Assembly (NCBI GenBank): GCA_001779925.1
Contig: MFEK01000007.1
Coordinates: 4,108-68,107, forward strand
DNA length: 64,000 nucleotides
Direction of reading: 5' to 3'
Origin: Candidatus Doudnabacteria bacterium RIFCSPHIGHO2_01_FULL_46_14
GTDB lineage: Bacteria > Patescibacteriota > Doudnabacteria > UBA920 > 2-01-FULL-46-14
Below are positions 1 to 7,723 of this stretch, in pieces. A program made the translations under genes and the position numbers. Below the pieces are notes generated by a model. The model was not told where the DNA came from, ran no database searches, and saw only the letters and a program-made list of their open reading frames with translations. Every line of letters begins with the position of its first letter. Positions within the stretch are counted from its first letter, which is position 1.

Positions 1-342
1 GATTGGAATCGCAGTGATGGAAGGCGAGTTTCGCGGCAAAAAAGCAGTGGTAACCGTTGAAATGTTTGCTAGCCCGACGGAGACAGTGGCAGCCAAATAA
101 TTTACCATATTAGAAATGCCTTTCTAATATGACGAGCATTTCAGGCTAGCCCGGTAGTGAAAGTTCGATAGGCCGGAAAAAAACGGTTGAATCGAATTTA
201 ATATCGAACTTCTACTATCCGGGGTTAGTTTGATCAGGGTAGCCCGCACAAAACGGGCAAAAAAGGAGACTGATTTCCAAAAACAGGGTCTCCCAAAAAT
301 CTTATTGGATTTTTGGGGTGATCTAGAAGTCTTTCTCTAACA

Positions 343-376
343 AAACCCCCGCCGAATCGGCGGGGGTTTTGTTTTA
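343..376. terminator. GC hairpin plus T-run; likely bidirectional terminator
   Basis: aaaacccccgccgaatcggcgggggtttt followed by T-run, downstream of the 401..1078 minus-strand gene. Confidence 0.6.
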
Positions 377-400
377 TAACGCAGAACTTGCAAGCTCTGA

Positions 401-1078
401 TTATTTTCCAGTCACATCATCCTCAATCGCGTCCAAAACTTTTTTGGCGTGATCGCGTCCTCCAAGACCAAAGGCAATACCGCCGGCAATGGCCAGCATA
501 GCCACAAACGCGCGGAACAAATCCTTAACAAAGCTGTCGGCAACGTGCAGCTCAGAGAGGGCGGCTAGAAAGCTGAAAACGAGAACTGCCCATTTCGTGA
601 TGAGCGCGAGGCTGTCTGAGGTGCGCAACCCTCCCGCTTGTAAGGCGTGGCGTACCACGCCATGTAAGAAATTGGCCGCAACCATACCGACAAGCATGAT
701 AGCGACTGCGACGATGACGTTTCCAAAATAAGGAATAACCTCACCGTACAGGAAGGCGCCGACCTGGGACAGTCCCAAAATGTCAGCTGCCGCCACAAAT
801 GTAGCGATTATGAAAAACCATTTGATTAACCAATTGCCGAAAGCGGCAACGGAGAGCTTCTTTCCTGTCCGCTCCGAGAGTTTATCGAGGCCTACGGTGT
901 TAGCCAGGCTGTCGACTTTGAGCGTTTCCAATATTTTTTGCACCAAACCGCCAAGAGCCGCGCCGATCATCCAGCCCAAGATCAAAACGATCACGGCCAC
1001 AAGGAAATTCGGCACAAACATCACCAAGCGGTCATAAAGACCCTGCAGGGAGATTGCTACTATTTCTCCAGTTGGCAT
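401..1078 (-). CDS. Integral membrane protein with repeated conserved TM-helix segments (mechanosensitive-channel-associated type)
   Basis: 225 aa, multiple hydrophobic helices and a glycine-rich repeat pattern in the translation. Confidence 0.45.
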   Translation of the reverse strand: MPTGEIVAISLQGLYDRLVMFVPNFLVAVIVLILGWMIGAALGGLVQKILETLKVDSLANTVGLDKLSERTGKKLSVAAFGNWLIKWFFIIATFVAAADILGLSQVGAFLYGEVIPYFGNVIVAVAIMLVGMVAANFLHGVVRHALQAGGLRTSDSLALITKWAVLVFSFLAALSELHVADSFVKDLFRAFVAMLAIAGGIAFGLGGRDHAKKVLDAIEDDVTGK

Positions 1079-1192
1079 TTATAGATTCACCCCCTTCCGT
1101 GTTAGCTTGTAGGAATTAGGTTGTAAGTTGTAGGTCAGGTTCAGGTTCCCTATTCCTACCGGCTACAAGCTACTAGCTACCAGCTGTTAATG

Positions 1193-1630
1193 CTATTCTC
1201 CTAAAATTTGTACTAACACCCGGCGCGCTCTGCCGCCGTCGAGCTCCACAAAGAATATGCTTTGCCGCTCGCCGAGCATGAGCTTGCCGCCTTCAACCGG
1301 TACGGTTTCGCTGTCGCCTAAAAGGAAAGCTTTAACGTGCGCATGGCCGTTGGAGCGCTCGTCTGCTTTGACCTTGGAGCGCATCTCAAACAAATCATGC
1401 GCGTAATTAATGTCGATCGGCGCGGCTCTGTAAAGCATTTTCATAATATCCTGCTTGAGCAAAGGCTCGTTGTGGTTTACCCGTATGGCCGCGGTCGTGT
1501 GCGGACAAAAAATCACAGCCACGCCGGATTTAACCTTGCTTTGTTTTACGGCCTTGGCAACCTGGTCAGTTATGTCAACGATCTCAAACTGGGTTGTAGT
1601 GTCGATTTTTATTTCTTCATTGTAAGTCAT
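1193..1630 (-). CDS. YjbQ/UPF0047 family protein
   Basis: 145 aa with typical YjbQ-family length and motifs (FCPHTTAAI..., GHAHVKA...). Confidence 0.65.
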   Translation of the reverse strand: MTYNEEIKIDTTTQFEIVDITDQVAKAVKQSKVKSGVAVIFCPHTTAAIRVNHNEPLLKQDIMKMLYRAAPIDINYAHDLFEMRSKVKADERSNGHAHVKAFLLGDSETVPVEGGKLMLGERQSIFFVELDGGRARRVLVQILGE

Positions 1631-1640
1631 ATGTGTTTTT

Positions 1641-1712
1641 TCCCTCCCCTTGCCGTGTCCGCCGTAGCTTCAGCGGAGGCTGGGAGGGGGAGGGTTAGGG
1701 AGGGGTGAAAAT
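1641..1712. repeat. GC-rich palindromic hairpin element (family A), intergenic copy
   Basis: tccctcccc...ccgccgtagcttcagcggaggctgggagggggagggttagggaggggtgaaa; the same 3' module recurs at 20290-20325, 50617-50650 and 51784-51815. Confidence 0.8.
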
Positions 1713-1927
1713 TATTCTCCGATTCTTTCCTTAATTCTGCCTAGCCTGGTTGTTATAATCACCGCGGCCAGAGTCACCAAAATCGCATATAGAAAAAGAG
1801 AAAGTACGCCTTTCCCTTTTGGTATAAATTGTTCAATCAATTTTTTTATTGCTTCGTTCCACGCCAGCGCCGCGACCAAGCCAAAAGCCGTGCCAACCAT
1901 CGTCAAACTTTCACTAACAATTTTCAC
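1712..1927 (-). CDS. Small membrane protein (GTG start)
   Basis: 71 aa with two hydrophobic helices, preceded by a conserved TTTTAACGGGGTGA box upstream of the start. Confidence 0.4.
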   Translation of the reverse strand: MKIVSESLTMVGTAFGLVAALAWNEAIKKLIEQFIPKGKGVLSLFLYAILVTLAAVIITTRLGRIKERIGE

Positions 1928-2164
1928 CCCGTTAAAAATTCCTGTTAATTAAAAAGTTAACGTCGAATAACTTATTATTTAGAGTATATAGCCTGTATAT
2001 CGAACAACAAATATTTCTAACGGGGTTCATTTTTACTTTTTTGTTTTGCTCTACCCGGCATCAGCCGTAGCTTTGAACTGCAGGCGAACGCCCTAGTAAC
2101 ACTACAAATAATATTTTTATTTCAACAGCTTGCACTTATCAATATAATTATAGCAAATTTTACC

Positions 2165-3565
2165 TTAGTTGTCAAGGAATTTTTCTGCGGCTGCGCCAAC
2201 AGCTTCGGAAAACGAAGGGTAAGCGTGAATCATGCGAGCCATAGTGGTCACTGGAATTTTCCCTTTCATTGCCAGAGCAATTTCGTGAATGAGCTGGCCA
2301 GCGTTCTGTCCGGCGATGTGTCCGCCGAGAACCTCCATGGTTTTGGCATCAACGATGATTTTCACAAACCCGCGAAAATCCCTCTCTATAAGGTAACGTC
2401 CCAATCCGCCGGTGCGGAAGCTCTCCGCCCGGTAGTTTAAATTTTTAAGTTTTGCCTGCGCTTCGGTTATGCCGACAGATGCAACCTCTGGTTCGCAAAA
2501 CGTCACGCGCGGGACTACGTCATAGTTGGTTTTCTCTTCATGATTGTGGCAAATGTTGCGTCCTACCAGATCTCCCTCGTAAGCTGCGGTATGCGTAAAC
2601 TGCCAATTACCGGCCGCATCCCCTGCCGCCCATATGTGCGACTGGTTGGTTTGCAGATATTCATTCAGCTTGAGCCGGCCTTTATTGTCTACCTCAATTC
2701 CTGCAGCCTGAAGATTTAGATCAAGATTCGCACGTCTGCCGGTCGCCACCAAAATCTCATCTGCCGCAACCTCTGTCTCTTCGCCGTTCGATTTGATTCG
2801 AATAGATTTGGCGCTGGCCAATCTGTGCGCGAACATGATCTCGCAGTTGGTATGGATTTCCGCGCCGCGCTTTGCCATGTCCTTGGCCACGAGGTCTGCG
2901 ATATCCGCATCTTCCCGCGGCAAGATCTGAGGATCGCGCTGCAGGACAACAACGCGCTTCCCAAAGCTGAGAAAAAGCTCTGTGAATTCCATACCGATCG
3001 GTCCCCCGCCGATGATAATGATGGACTCTGGCAAGCTTTCTGCTTTGACTGCAATATCAGAAGTCCAAAACCCAACATCCGCCAGACCTTCAATGGGAGG
3101 AATAAATTCTTTGGAGCCGGTGCCGATGACCGCGTGGTTGAAAGAATATTTTTTGCCACCAATTTTTAATTCATGCTCAGAGATAAATTCCGCTCTCCCC
3201 CATATGAGATCAATGCCGGCATTATGGAGATTTCTTTCAATGCGTGGCCCAGTCAGCTGATCCACTACGCCTTGCCGAAACATCGCGATCTTTTTGAAAT
3301 CAAATCTTAGATTGTCCATTTCAATACCAAACTCGGCTCCTTGCTGGGCCATTTTGTAAATATGCGCAGATTTGAGCATGGCCTTCGTAGGCACGCAGGC
3401 ATAGTTCGGACAATGTCCCCCAAGCTTGTCTTTGAACTCTTCCACAACCGCGACCTTCATATTCGCGCGCTTCGCCACGAACGCAGCTGACCCGCCGGCG
3501 CTGCCTGAGCCGATCGAGATCAAATCATAATCGAATTTGTGGGGCATTTTTGCTATTTGTTTCAA
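2165..3565 (-). CDS. FAD-dependent pyridine nucleotide-disulfide oxidoreductase (dihydrolipoyl dehydrogenase/glutathione reductase family)
   Basis: 466 aa; N-terminal GSGSAGG FAD motif, redox-active CPNYAC (CX4C), second GGGPIG NAD motif, C-terminal dimerisation region with HAYPS. Confidence 0.75.
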   Translation of the reverse strand: MKQIAKMPHKFDYDLISIGSGSAGGSAAFVAKRANMKVAVVEEFKDKLGGHCPNYACVPTKAMLKSAHIYKMAQQGAEFGIEMDNLRFDFKKIAMFRQGVVDQLTGPRIERNLHNAGIDLIWGRAEFISEHELKIGGKKYSFNHAVIGTGSKEFIPPIEGLADVGFWTSDIAVKAESLPESIIIIGGGPIGMEFTELFLSFGKRVVVLQRDPQILPREDADIADLVAKDMAKRGAEIHTNCEIMFAHRLASAKSIRIKSNGEETEVAADEILVATGRRANLDLNLQAAGIEVDNKGRLKLNEYLQTNQSHIWAAGDAAGNWQFTHTAAYEGDLVGRNICHNHEEKTNYDVVPRVTFCEPEVASVGITEAQAKLKNLNYRAESFRTGGLGRYLIERDFRGFVKIIVDAKTMEVLGGHIAGQNAGQLIHEIALAMKGKIPVTTMARMIHAYPSFSEAVGAAAEKFLDN

Positions 3566-3598
3566 AAAATAAATCCGCTTTGCCGGTATTATACCAGA

Positions 3599-4105
3599 TT
3601 ACTGCCAATTCATTCCTACGCAATACCAGTTCCCGGCGCCATCATAACAATCTTCACCGCCAGGATAACTGCCTTCCGGCCACATCAGCAGATAATAGCT
3701 TTGCCCGCTTTTTTGAGTTCTGTAGTGATACGGGGAAGGAAAATATGTCGGAGGGGATGTGCTCAAGGGATCAAGCGGCAATTTGCTCGTATACGGAGCA
3801 AGCTTGGTTTGCAAATCAGTCCAGCAGCCTTCGTAGCCTGGATAATAGGTAGCCCAGGAACCACTGCAATTAACAGACCCGCCTCCATCATACCTTGGAT
3901 ATACGCCATTGTTCGCGTCATAATACAGCTCCAGAGCATTTTGCAGCTGATGCAAATCCGCCACTCGCCGCGAATTTCTGGCTTTTAGCCTTGCACCGTT
4001 GAGCGATACCAAAATAATGCTGGCCAAAAAACCAATCACGCTGATGACCACCAAGAGTTCGATCAGCGTGAAACCGGAATTTTTGTGATTGGATTTTTGT
4101 CTCAT
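3599..4105 (-). CDS. Type IV pilin/pseudopilin-like protein (prepilin N-terminal cleavage/methylation domain)
   Basis: GFTLIELLVVISVIG N-terminal motif after a short basic leader; Cys-rich C-terminal half. Confidence 0.7.
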   Translation of the reverse strand: MRQKSNHKNSGFTLIELLVVISVIGFLASIILVSLNGARLKARNSRRVADLHQLQNALELYYDANNGVYPRYDGGGSVNCSGSWATYYPGYEGCWTDLQTKLAPYTSKLPLDPLSTSPPTYFPSPYHYRTQKSGQSYYLLMWPEGSYPGGEDCYDGAGNWYCVGMNWQ

Positions 4106-4125
4106 GCTCGTTATCCCTAGTCCCA

Positions 4126-4647
4126 TTATAATTCAGGGTGTCGGTAATGGTCAAACACTTCTCTTGCGCCCCAGGGCTTGGTTTGCTCGATTGAGAACCC
4201 CAATTTTTCTACATGCTCGTTTATTGTCTCTTGACTGGGCCCTTCGATTTCTAAATAAGTCGGGAAATCAGAAAAGGTGTCGATCTCAAATCTTAAATCT
4301 TTTAAACTATAAGAAATTCGATGCTTGTTAAGCGGATAGCCTCGTTTTTCTCGAAAACCTACTGCCTCGAGAATTTTTTTGGTGGATTCATAATCACCGA
4401 CCTCTGTCTGAAGCTCTTCGGAAATTTTCGCGCCCGTTGTGCTCAATAGCTTTTTATGAGTTAATTCTGCGCGATCCCCTACCCGGCGCAGCCGCAACAT
4501 TTCACCTTTACCGAGCTTCCCATCCGGAAAATCAAATCCTGTCCAAGAAACCTCGCCGTCAAAAATCTTCTTTGCCCCAAGAGCGGCTAGTTTCTTTTGG
4601 ACGTCTTTAACATCAATTTCTAAAATCTTTACCTCTATCTCGTTCAT
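4126..4647 (-). CDS. CYTH-domain protein (class IV adenylate cyclase / triphosphatase-like)
   Basis: Translation begins MNEIEVKILEIDV...; EXEXK-like start and length typical of CYTH. The ORF-track N-terminal extension overlaps tRNA-Trp and was trimmed. Confidence 0.55.
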   Translation of the reverse strand: MNEIEVKILEIDVKDVQKKLAALGAKKIFDGEVSWTGFDFPDGKLGKGEMLRLRRVGDRAELTHKKLLSTTGAKISEELQTEVGDYESTKKILEAVGFREKRGYPLNKHRISYSLKDLRFEIDTFSDFPTYLEIEGPSQETINEHVEKLGFSIEQTKPWGAREVFDHYRHPEL

Positions 4648-4653
4648 ATTTAT

Positions 4654-4727
4654 TGGCAGGGGATGAGGGAATCGGACCCCCGTATCTGGTTTTGGAGACC
4701 AGTGTTCTACCACTGAACTAATCCCCC
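4654..4727 (-). tRNA. tRNA-Trp (anticodon CCA)
   Basis: Cloverleaf readable on the minus strand: GGGGGATTAGTTCAGTGGTAGAAC...CTCCAAA...GGTTCGATTCC...CCA; anticodon loop CUCCAAA. Confidence 0.8.
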
Positions 4728-4824
4728 TCGCCTCGGAATTATAGCCTTTTATTGACGGATTTGCTATACTTGCTAATATTAGTCCTAGGCTATTAAAAAT
4801 TAACAAATTAAACAAATGGGAAAA

Positions 4825-5097
4825 ATGACCAAGTCAGAGATCCTCTCCGCCCTCGCGGAAGGCACCACCATGAGCAAAAAAGAGATTGGTGAATTCATGG
4901 AAAAGGTAGCAAACCTCGCCTACAAAGAGGTTAAAAACAACGGGGAATTCGTGCTTCCGGGACTCGGCAAGCTCGTCAAGATCAAGCGCGCCGCTCGCAT
5001 GGGCAGGAACCCTGCCACCGGTGAGTCCATCTCAATCCCGGCCAAAACAGTGGTGAAATTCCGCGTGGCCAAAGCAGCGAAAGAAGCAGTTCTGTAA
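4825..5097 (+). CDS. hup: DNA-binding protein HU
   Basis: MTKSEILSALAE...GRNPATGESISIPAKTVVKFRVAKA, the canonical HU/IHF fold signature. Confidence 0.85.
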   Translation: MTKSEILSALAEGTTMSKKEIGEFMEKVANLAYKEVKNNGEFVLPGLGKLVKIKRAARMGRNPATGESISIPAKTVVKFRVAKAAKEAVL

Positions 5098-5115
5098 AAA
5101 AATAGTCAGATTTTA

Positions 5116-5141
5116 AAAACCCGCCTCATCGGCGGGTTTTT
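5116..5141 (+). terminator. Rho-independent terminator of hup
   Basis: aaaaacccgcctcatcggcgggttttt. Confidence 0.7.
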
Positions 5142-5206
5142 GTTTACTCTGTCCTCGCGTCGGGGTTATTTCTTTCACCCTACGGGTGATCTCCCGCAGG
5201 GAGACA

Positions 5207-5283
5207 TTTTACTTCTTCATCTCTTTGTGCGGGGTGTGCTTTTTGCACCACTTGTCAGCCAAAGGCTGATCTGCCGCGGGCAC
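5207..5283. repeat. Partial duplicate of the rpmG 3' end (last ~13 codons plus stop, minus strand) fused to a 30-nt hairpin motif TTGTCAGCCAAAGGCTGATCTGCCGCGGGC
   Basis: Reverse complement reads ...DKWCKKHTPHKEMKK*, a diverged copy of the rpmG C-terminus. The motif recurs at 48013-48052 next to the duplicated tRNA-Ser half. Confidence 0.6.
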
Positions 5284-5293
5284 GCTCTTTGCA

Positions 5294-5461
5294 ATAATTA
5301 AACTACTTCTTCATCTCTTTGTGGACTTGGTGTTTTTTACACCACCGACAAAATTTCTTCAGCTCCAAGGCGTTTGGAACAGCTTTCTTATTTCGAGTGG
5401 TATGGTAGTTGATCCGCTTGCAGACTGTGCACTGCAGCTTTACTAAATTTTCCTGGGCCAT
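5294..5461 (-). CDS. rpmG: 50S ribosomal protein L33
   Basis: MAQENLVKLQCTVCKRINYHTTRNKKAVPNALELKKFCRWCKKHQVHKEMKK (55 aa), below the ORF-track length cutoff. Confidence 0.8.
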
Positions 5462-5485
5462 AATTATTTGTTGCTCATCATTAAG

Positions 5486-5911
5486 TTACTGATTATTAGT
5501 CATTATTCTAACCGTTTCTTTGCCTTTTGCCAAGTCCTTGCCGCCGGCCAGTTTCCAGCCGGAATCCACGGGCTCAAAAGCTGCGACTGTGCGGTATCTG
5601 CCCTTCCCGGTCTCAATGAGGATTCGAAAAACATTATGCGTGTCATGATAGATAACGTAAGCATGGGGATCCCCTTTTACGAATTCCAATTCTCTGACTA
5701 TCCATGTTTCGGCAGTCGGCGGAGTTGGGGAAAGGTCATTGATCTGGCCGGCTATCTCTAAGACTGCTTCTGGATAGGACTCGCTGCTTAAAATTTGCCG
5801 TTCAAATTTATTCTCAGGCGGCTTTGTAATTTTCGGCAAAAAATAAACGGCGATCAAACCAGCTATGACAAACACAACGATGAGAATGACTTTTTTCATA
5901 ATGGAGCCCAC
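5486..5911 (-). CDS. Hypothetical membrane-anchored protein
   Basis: 141 aa with an N-terminal TM helix and no recognisable motif. Its 5' end overlaps the tRNA-Thr 3' exon by 11 nt, so the true start may be internal. Confidence 0.35.
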   Translation of the reverse strand: MGSIMKKVILIVVFVIAGLIAVYFLPKITKPPENKFERQILSSESYPEAVLEIAGQINDLSPTPPTAETWIVRELEFVKGDPHAYVIYHDTHNVFRILIETGKGRYRTVAAFEPVDSGWKLAGGKDLAKGKETVRIMTNNQ

Positions 5912-6164
5912 GAGCAGAATTGAACTGCTGACCTACTCCTTCATTCTATACCTCTCTTTATTTAACACATTATTAGAGGATTAGACTGTATCTTAATCCC
6001 GACATACCGCCGGGATTCCCTTGTCAGTCGTTCGAGCGCCAAATCAGCGCTACGGTCTTGATCTTGTGCAGACCTTTAACCGTTATTCGGGTGACGCCCA
6101 GAGATTACTCTTTGGGCGGGCAATTTCTACCATGGAGTTGCTCTACCAGCTGAGCTACGTGGGC
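5901..6164 (-). tRNA. tRNA-Thr (anticodon GGU) interrupted by a 188-nt intervening sequence between positions 36 and 37
   Basis: 5' exon 6129-6164 reads GCCCACGTAGCTCAGCTGGTAGAGCAACTCCATGGT. 3' exon 5901-5940 reads AAGGAGTAGGTCAGCAGTTCAATTCTGCTCGTGGGCTCCA. The acceptor, anticodon stem (ACTCC/GGAGT) and loop (AUGGUAA) only form after removing 5941-6128. Confidence 0.6.
5941..6128 (-). ncRNA. Candidate group I intron in the tRNA-Thr anticodon loop
   Basis: The 5' exon ends in U and the intron ends in G. P7-like pairing GACTG...CAGTC. An R-like segment CGACTGACAAGGG and an S-like segment AAGATACAGTCTAATCC resemble group I core elements. The 188-nt size is close to the smallest known bacterial tRNA introns. 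Confidence 0.45.
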
Positions 6165-6221
6165 AGGCTTTCAAATAATAATCGAAATATCGGGATTCTT
6201 CAAGACCGTCACAAGAATATT

Positions 6222-6308
6222 TCCTCCCCTGGATGGGGGAGGAATTGAGGAAGAGGTGTAGGAAACGTCATCACCCCCACCTAACCTCCCCCCTCAAGGG
6301 GGAGGAAT
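6222..6308. repeat. GC-rich palindromic hairpin elements (family A), two hairpins
   Basis: ttcctcccctggatgggggagga ... cacccccacctaacctcccccctcaagggggagga. Confidence 0.8.
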
Positions 6309-6313
6309 AAATT

Positions 6314-6922
6314 CTATTTTACCTTTGCGTATTGGCGGGTGACCCAGCCGGTGCTACCGTTTGCGAGCCTGATCTCATACCAGCCCTTGGTCTCATTTGT
6401 GGAAATAAGGATGTACGCTTCACCCGGCTTGACCTCGCCGATCTTTGCAAAATTCGTGCCAGGCCCTTTGCGAACATTTAGAAAATTTGTTGGAGTCGAA
6501 AGAATTTCCACCACTTGCACAGGAGCCGCAGGCTGTACGCCGGCTGGCGGAGTGGGCTCAGCAGCAGTGGTTGTCGGAGTCGTTGTGGCCGGAGGCGGCG
6601 GGCTCGCCGTGTCGTCGGGGATTGTAATTGTAGGCGCGGAATAATCATCCGGGGACGTAGTCCGAGTGTTTAAATAAAATAAAATTGCCGCGCCCGTAAG
6701 CCCCCCGAGAATCATCGCATAAAGGACGGCTTTTGCCAGTCGGTGATGGGACTCGGGCATGATGATCTTGGAATCAAGCAGTCGCCGCTCTGTTAATACG
6801 GTTGCGTCCTGTTTTTTGGGTACTGGTTTTTTCCTGGGCTTGCGAATCGGTACCGTTTTCCCAGAAACGGGACTGGAATTAATGTTTGGGTCTGAAGGCG
6901 TGCTTTCTATATTATCAGGCAT
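6314..6922 (-). CDS. Membrane-anchored protein with Pro/Thr-rich linker and C-terminal bacterial SH3 (SH3b)-like domain
   Basis: TM helix at 60-80, P/T-rich stretch, C-terminal GWYEIRLANGSTGWVTRQY. Confidence 0.5.
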   Translation of the reverse strand: MPDNIESTPSDPNINSSPVSGKTVPIRKPRKKPVPKKQDATVLTERRLLDSKIIMPESHHRLAKAVLYAMILGGLTGAAILFYLNTRTTSPDDYSAPTITIPDDTASPPPPATTTPTTTAAEPTPPAGVQPAAPVQVVEILSTPTNFLNVRKGPGTNFAKIGEVKPGEAYILISTNETKGWYEIRLANGSTGWVTRQYAKVK

Positions 6923-6935
6923 ATTTTAATTTTAA

Positions 6936-7676
6936 TTAACTTTTTAATGGCAAAGTGAAAATAAAAGACGTTCCTTTTCCTTCCTCAGAATCAAAACTGA
7001 TTTTCCCGCCCATAATCTCTACGAGAGATTTCACAATAAAAAGGCCCAGTCCGGTGCCGTCAGGAGAGAGCTTGAGGATGTTATGGCTGCGGAAAAATTT
7101 ACCAAAAACCTTAGCTTGTTCGCTTTTCGGAATCCCGACCCCGGTATCGGAGATTGATATTGAAACATTGTTTCCTTTCTTTTCCAGAACCACGCTGATC
7201 TTGCCGCCGCGCGGCGTATATTTAATGGCGTTAGAAATGAGATTCGCCATAATGCGGCTGAGTTTATCCGGGTCAGTCTGTACAAGCGGAAGAGGCCCAT
7301 TTACGATTTGGTAATCAAGGGACACTCCGGCTGTTTTGATGATCATGCTGTGATTGTCAATAATTTCTTCCGCTATTTTTTCAATCTGCATGGGTCTGAC
7401 CTCCAGATGGATCTGCCCTTCCTGAATTCGGGAGACATCGAGCAAATCATTAACCAAACCGATGGCCCGTTCGTTGGAGCGGTAGATTTCCCGCAAATAT
7501 TCTTCCTGTTTTTTGGCCAATTTCCCCGCGCGGCCGGCAAGCAGAATCTCGCAAGACCATTTCACTGCGGAAAGAGGCGTGCGAAGCTGGTGACTGGCGA
7601 GCGTAACAAAATCATACTGGATATTTTGCAGATTTACTTTTTCGCCTGAACCTAAAAGATTTTTGAGTTTACCCAT
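6936..7676 (-). CDS. Histidine kinase (HisKA + HATPase_c, no sensor domain)
   Basis: H-box SHQLRTPLSAV, N/G1/G2 boxes (NAIKYT, DTGVGI, GTGLGL). Confidence 0.8.
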   Translation of the reverse strand: MGKLKNLLGSGEKVNLQNIQYDFVTLASHQLRTPLSAVKWSCEILLAGRAGKLAKKQEEYLREIYRSNERAIGLVNDLLDVSRIQEGQIHLEVRPMQIEKIAEEIIDNHSMIIKTAGVSLDYQIVNGPLPLVQTDPDKLSRIMANLISNAIKYTPRGGKISVVLEKKGNNVSISISDTGVGIPKSEQAKVFGKFFRSHNILKLSPDGTGLGLFIVKSLVEIMGGKISFDSEEGKGTSFIFTLPLKS

Positions 7677-7723
7677 TTACCTGCTGAATTTATTATGGTT
7701 AGCCAATTTATAATACACGAAAA

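Noticed and set aside
4648-4815. N-terminal 56 aa of the 229-aa ORF 4126..4815
   Set aside because: This stretch is fully occupied by a canonical tRNA-Trp gene on the same strand. The CYTH-domain protein has a plausible internal start (MNEIEV) just downstream of the tRNA.
6021-6248. 75-aa plus-strand ORF
   Set aside because: It lies antisense within the tRNA-Thr intron and 5' exon and runs into the palindromic repeat, with no RBS. Treated as spurious.
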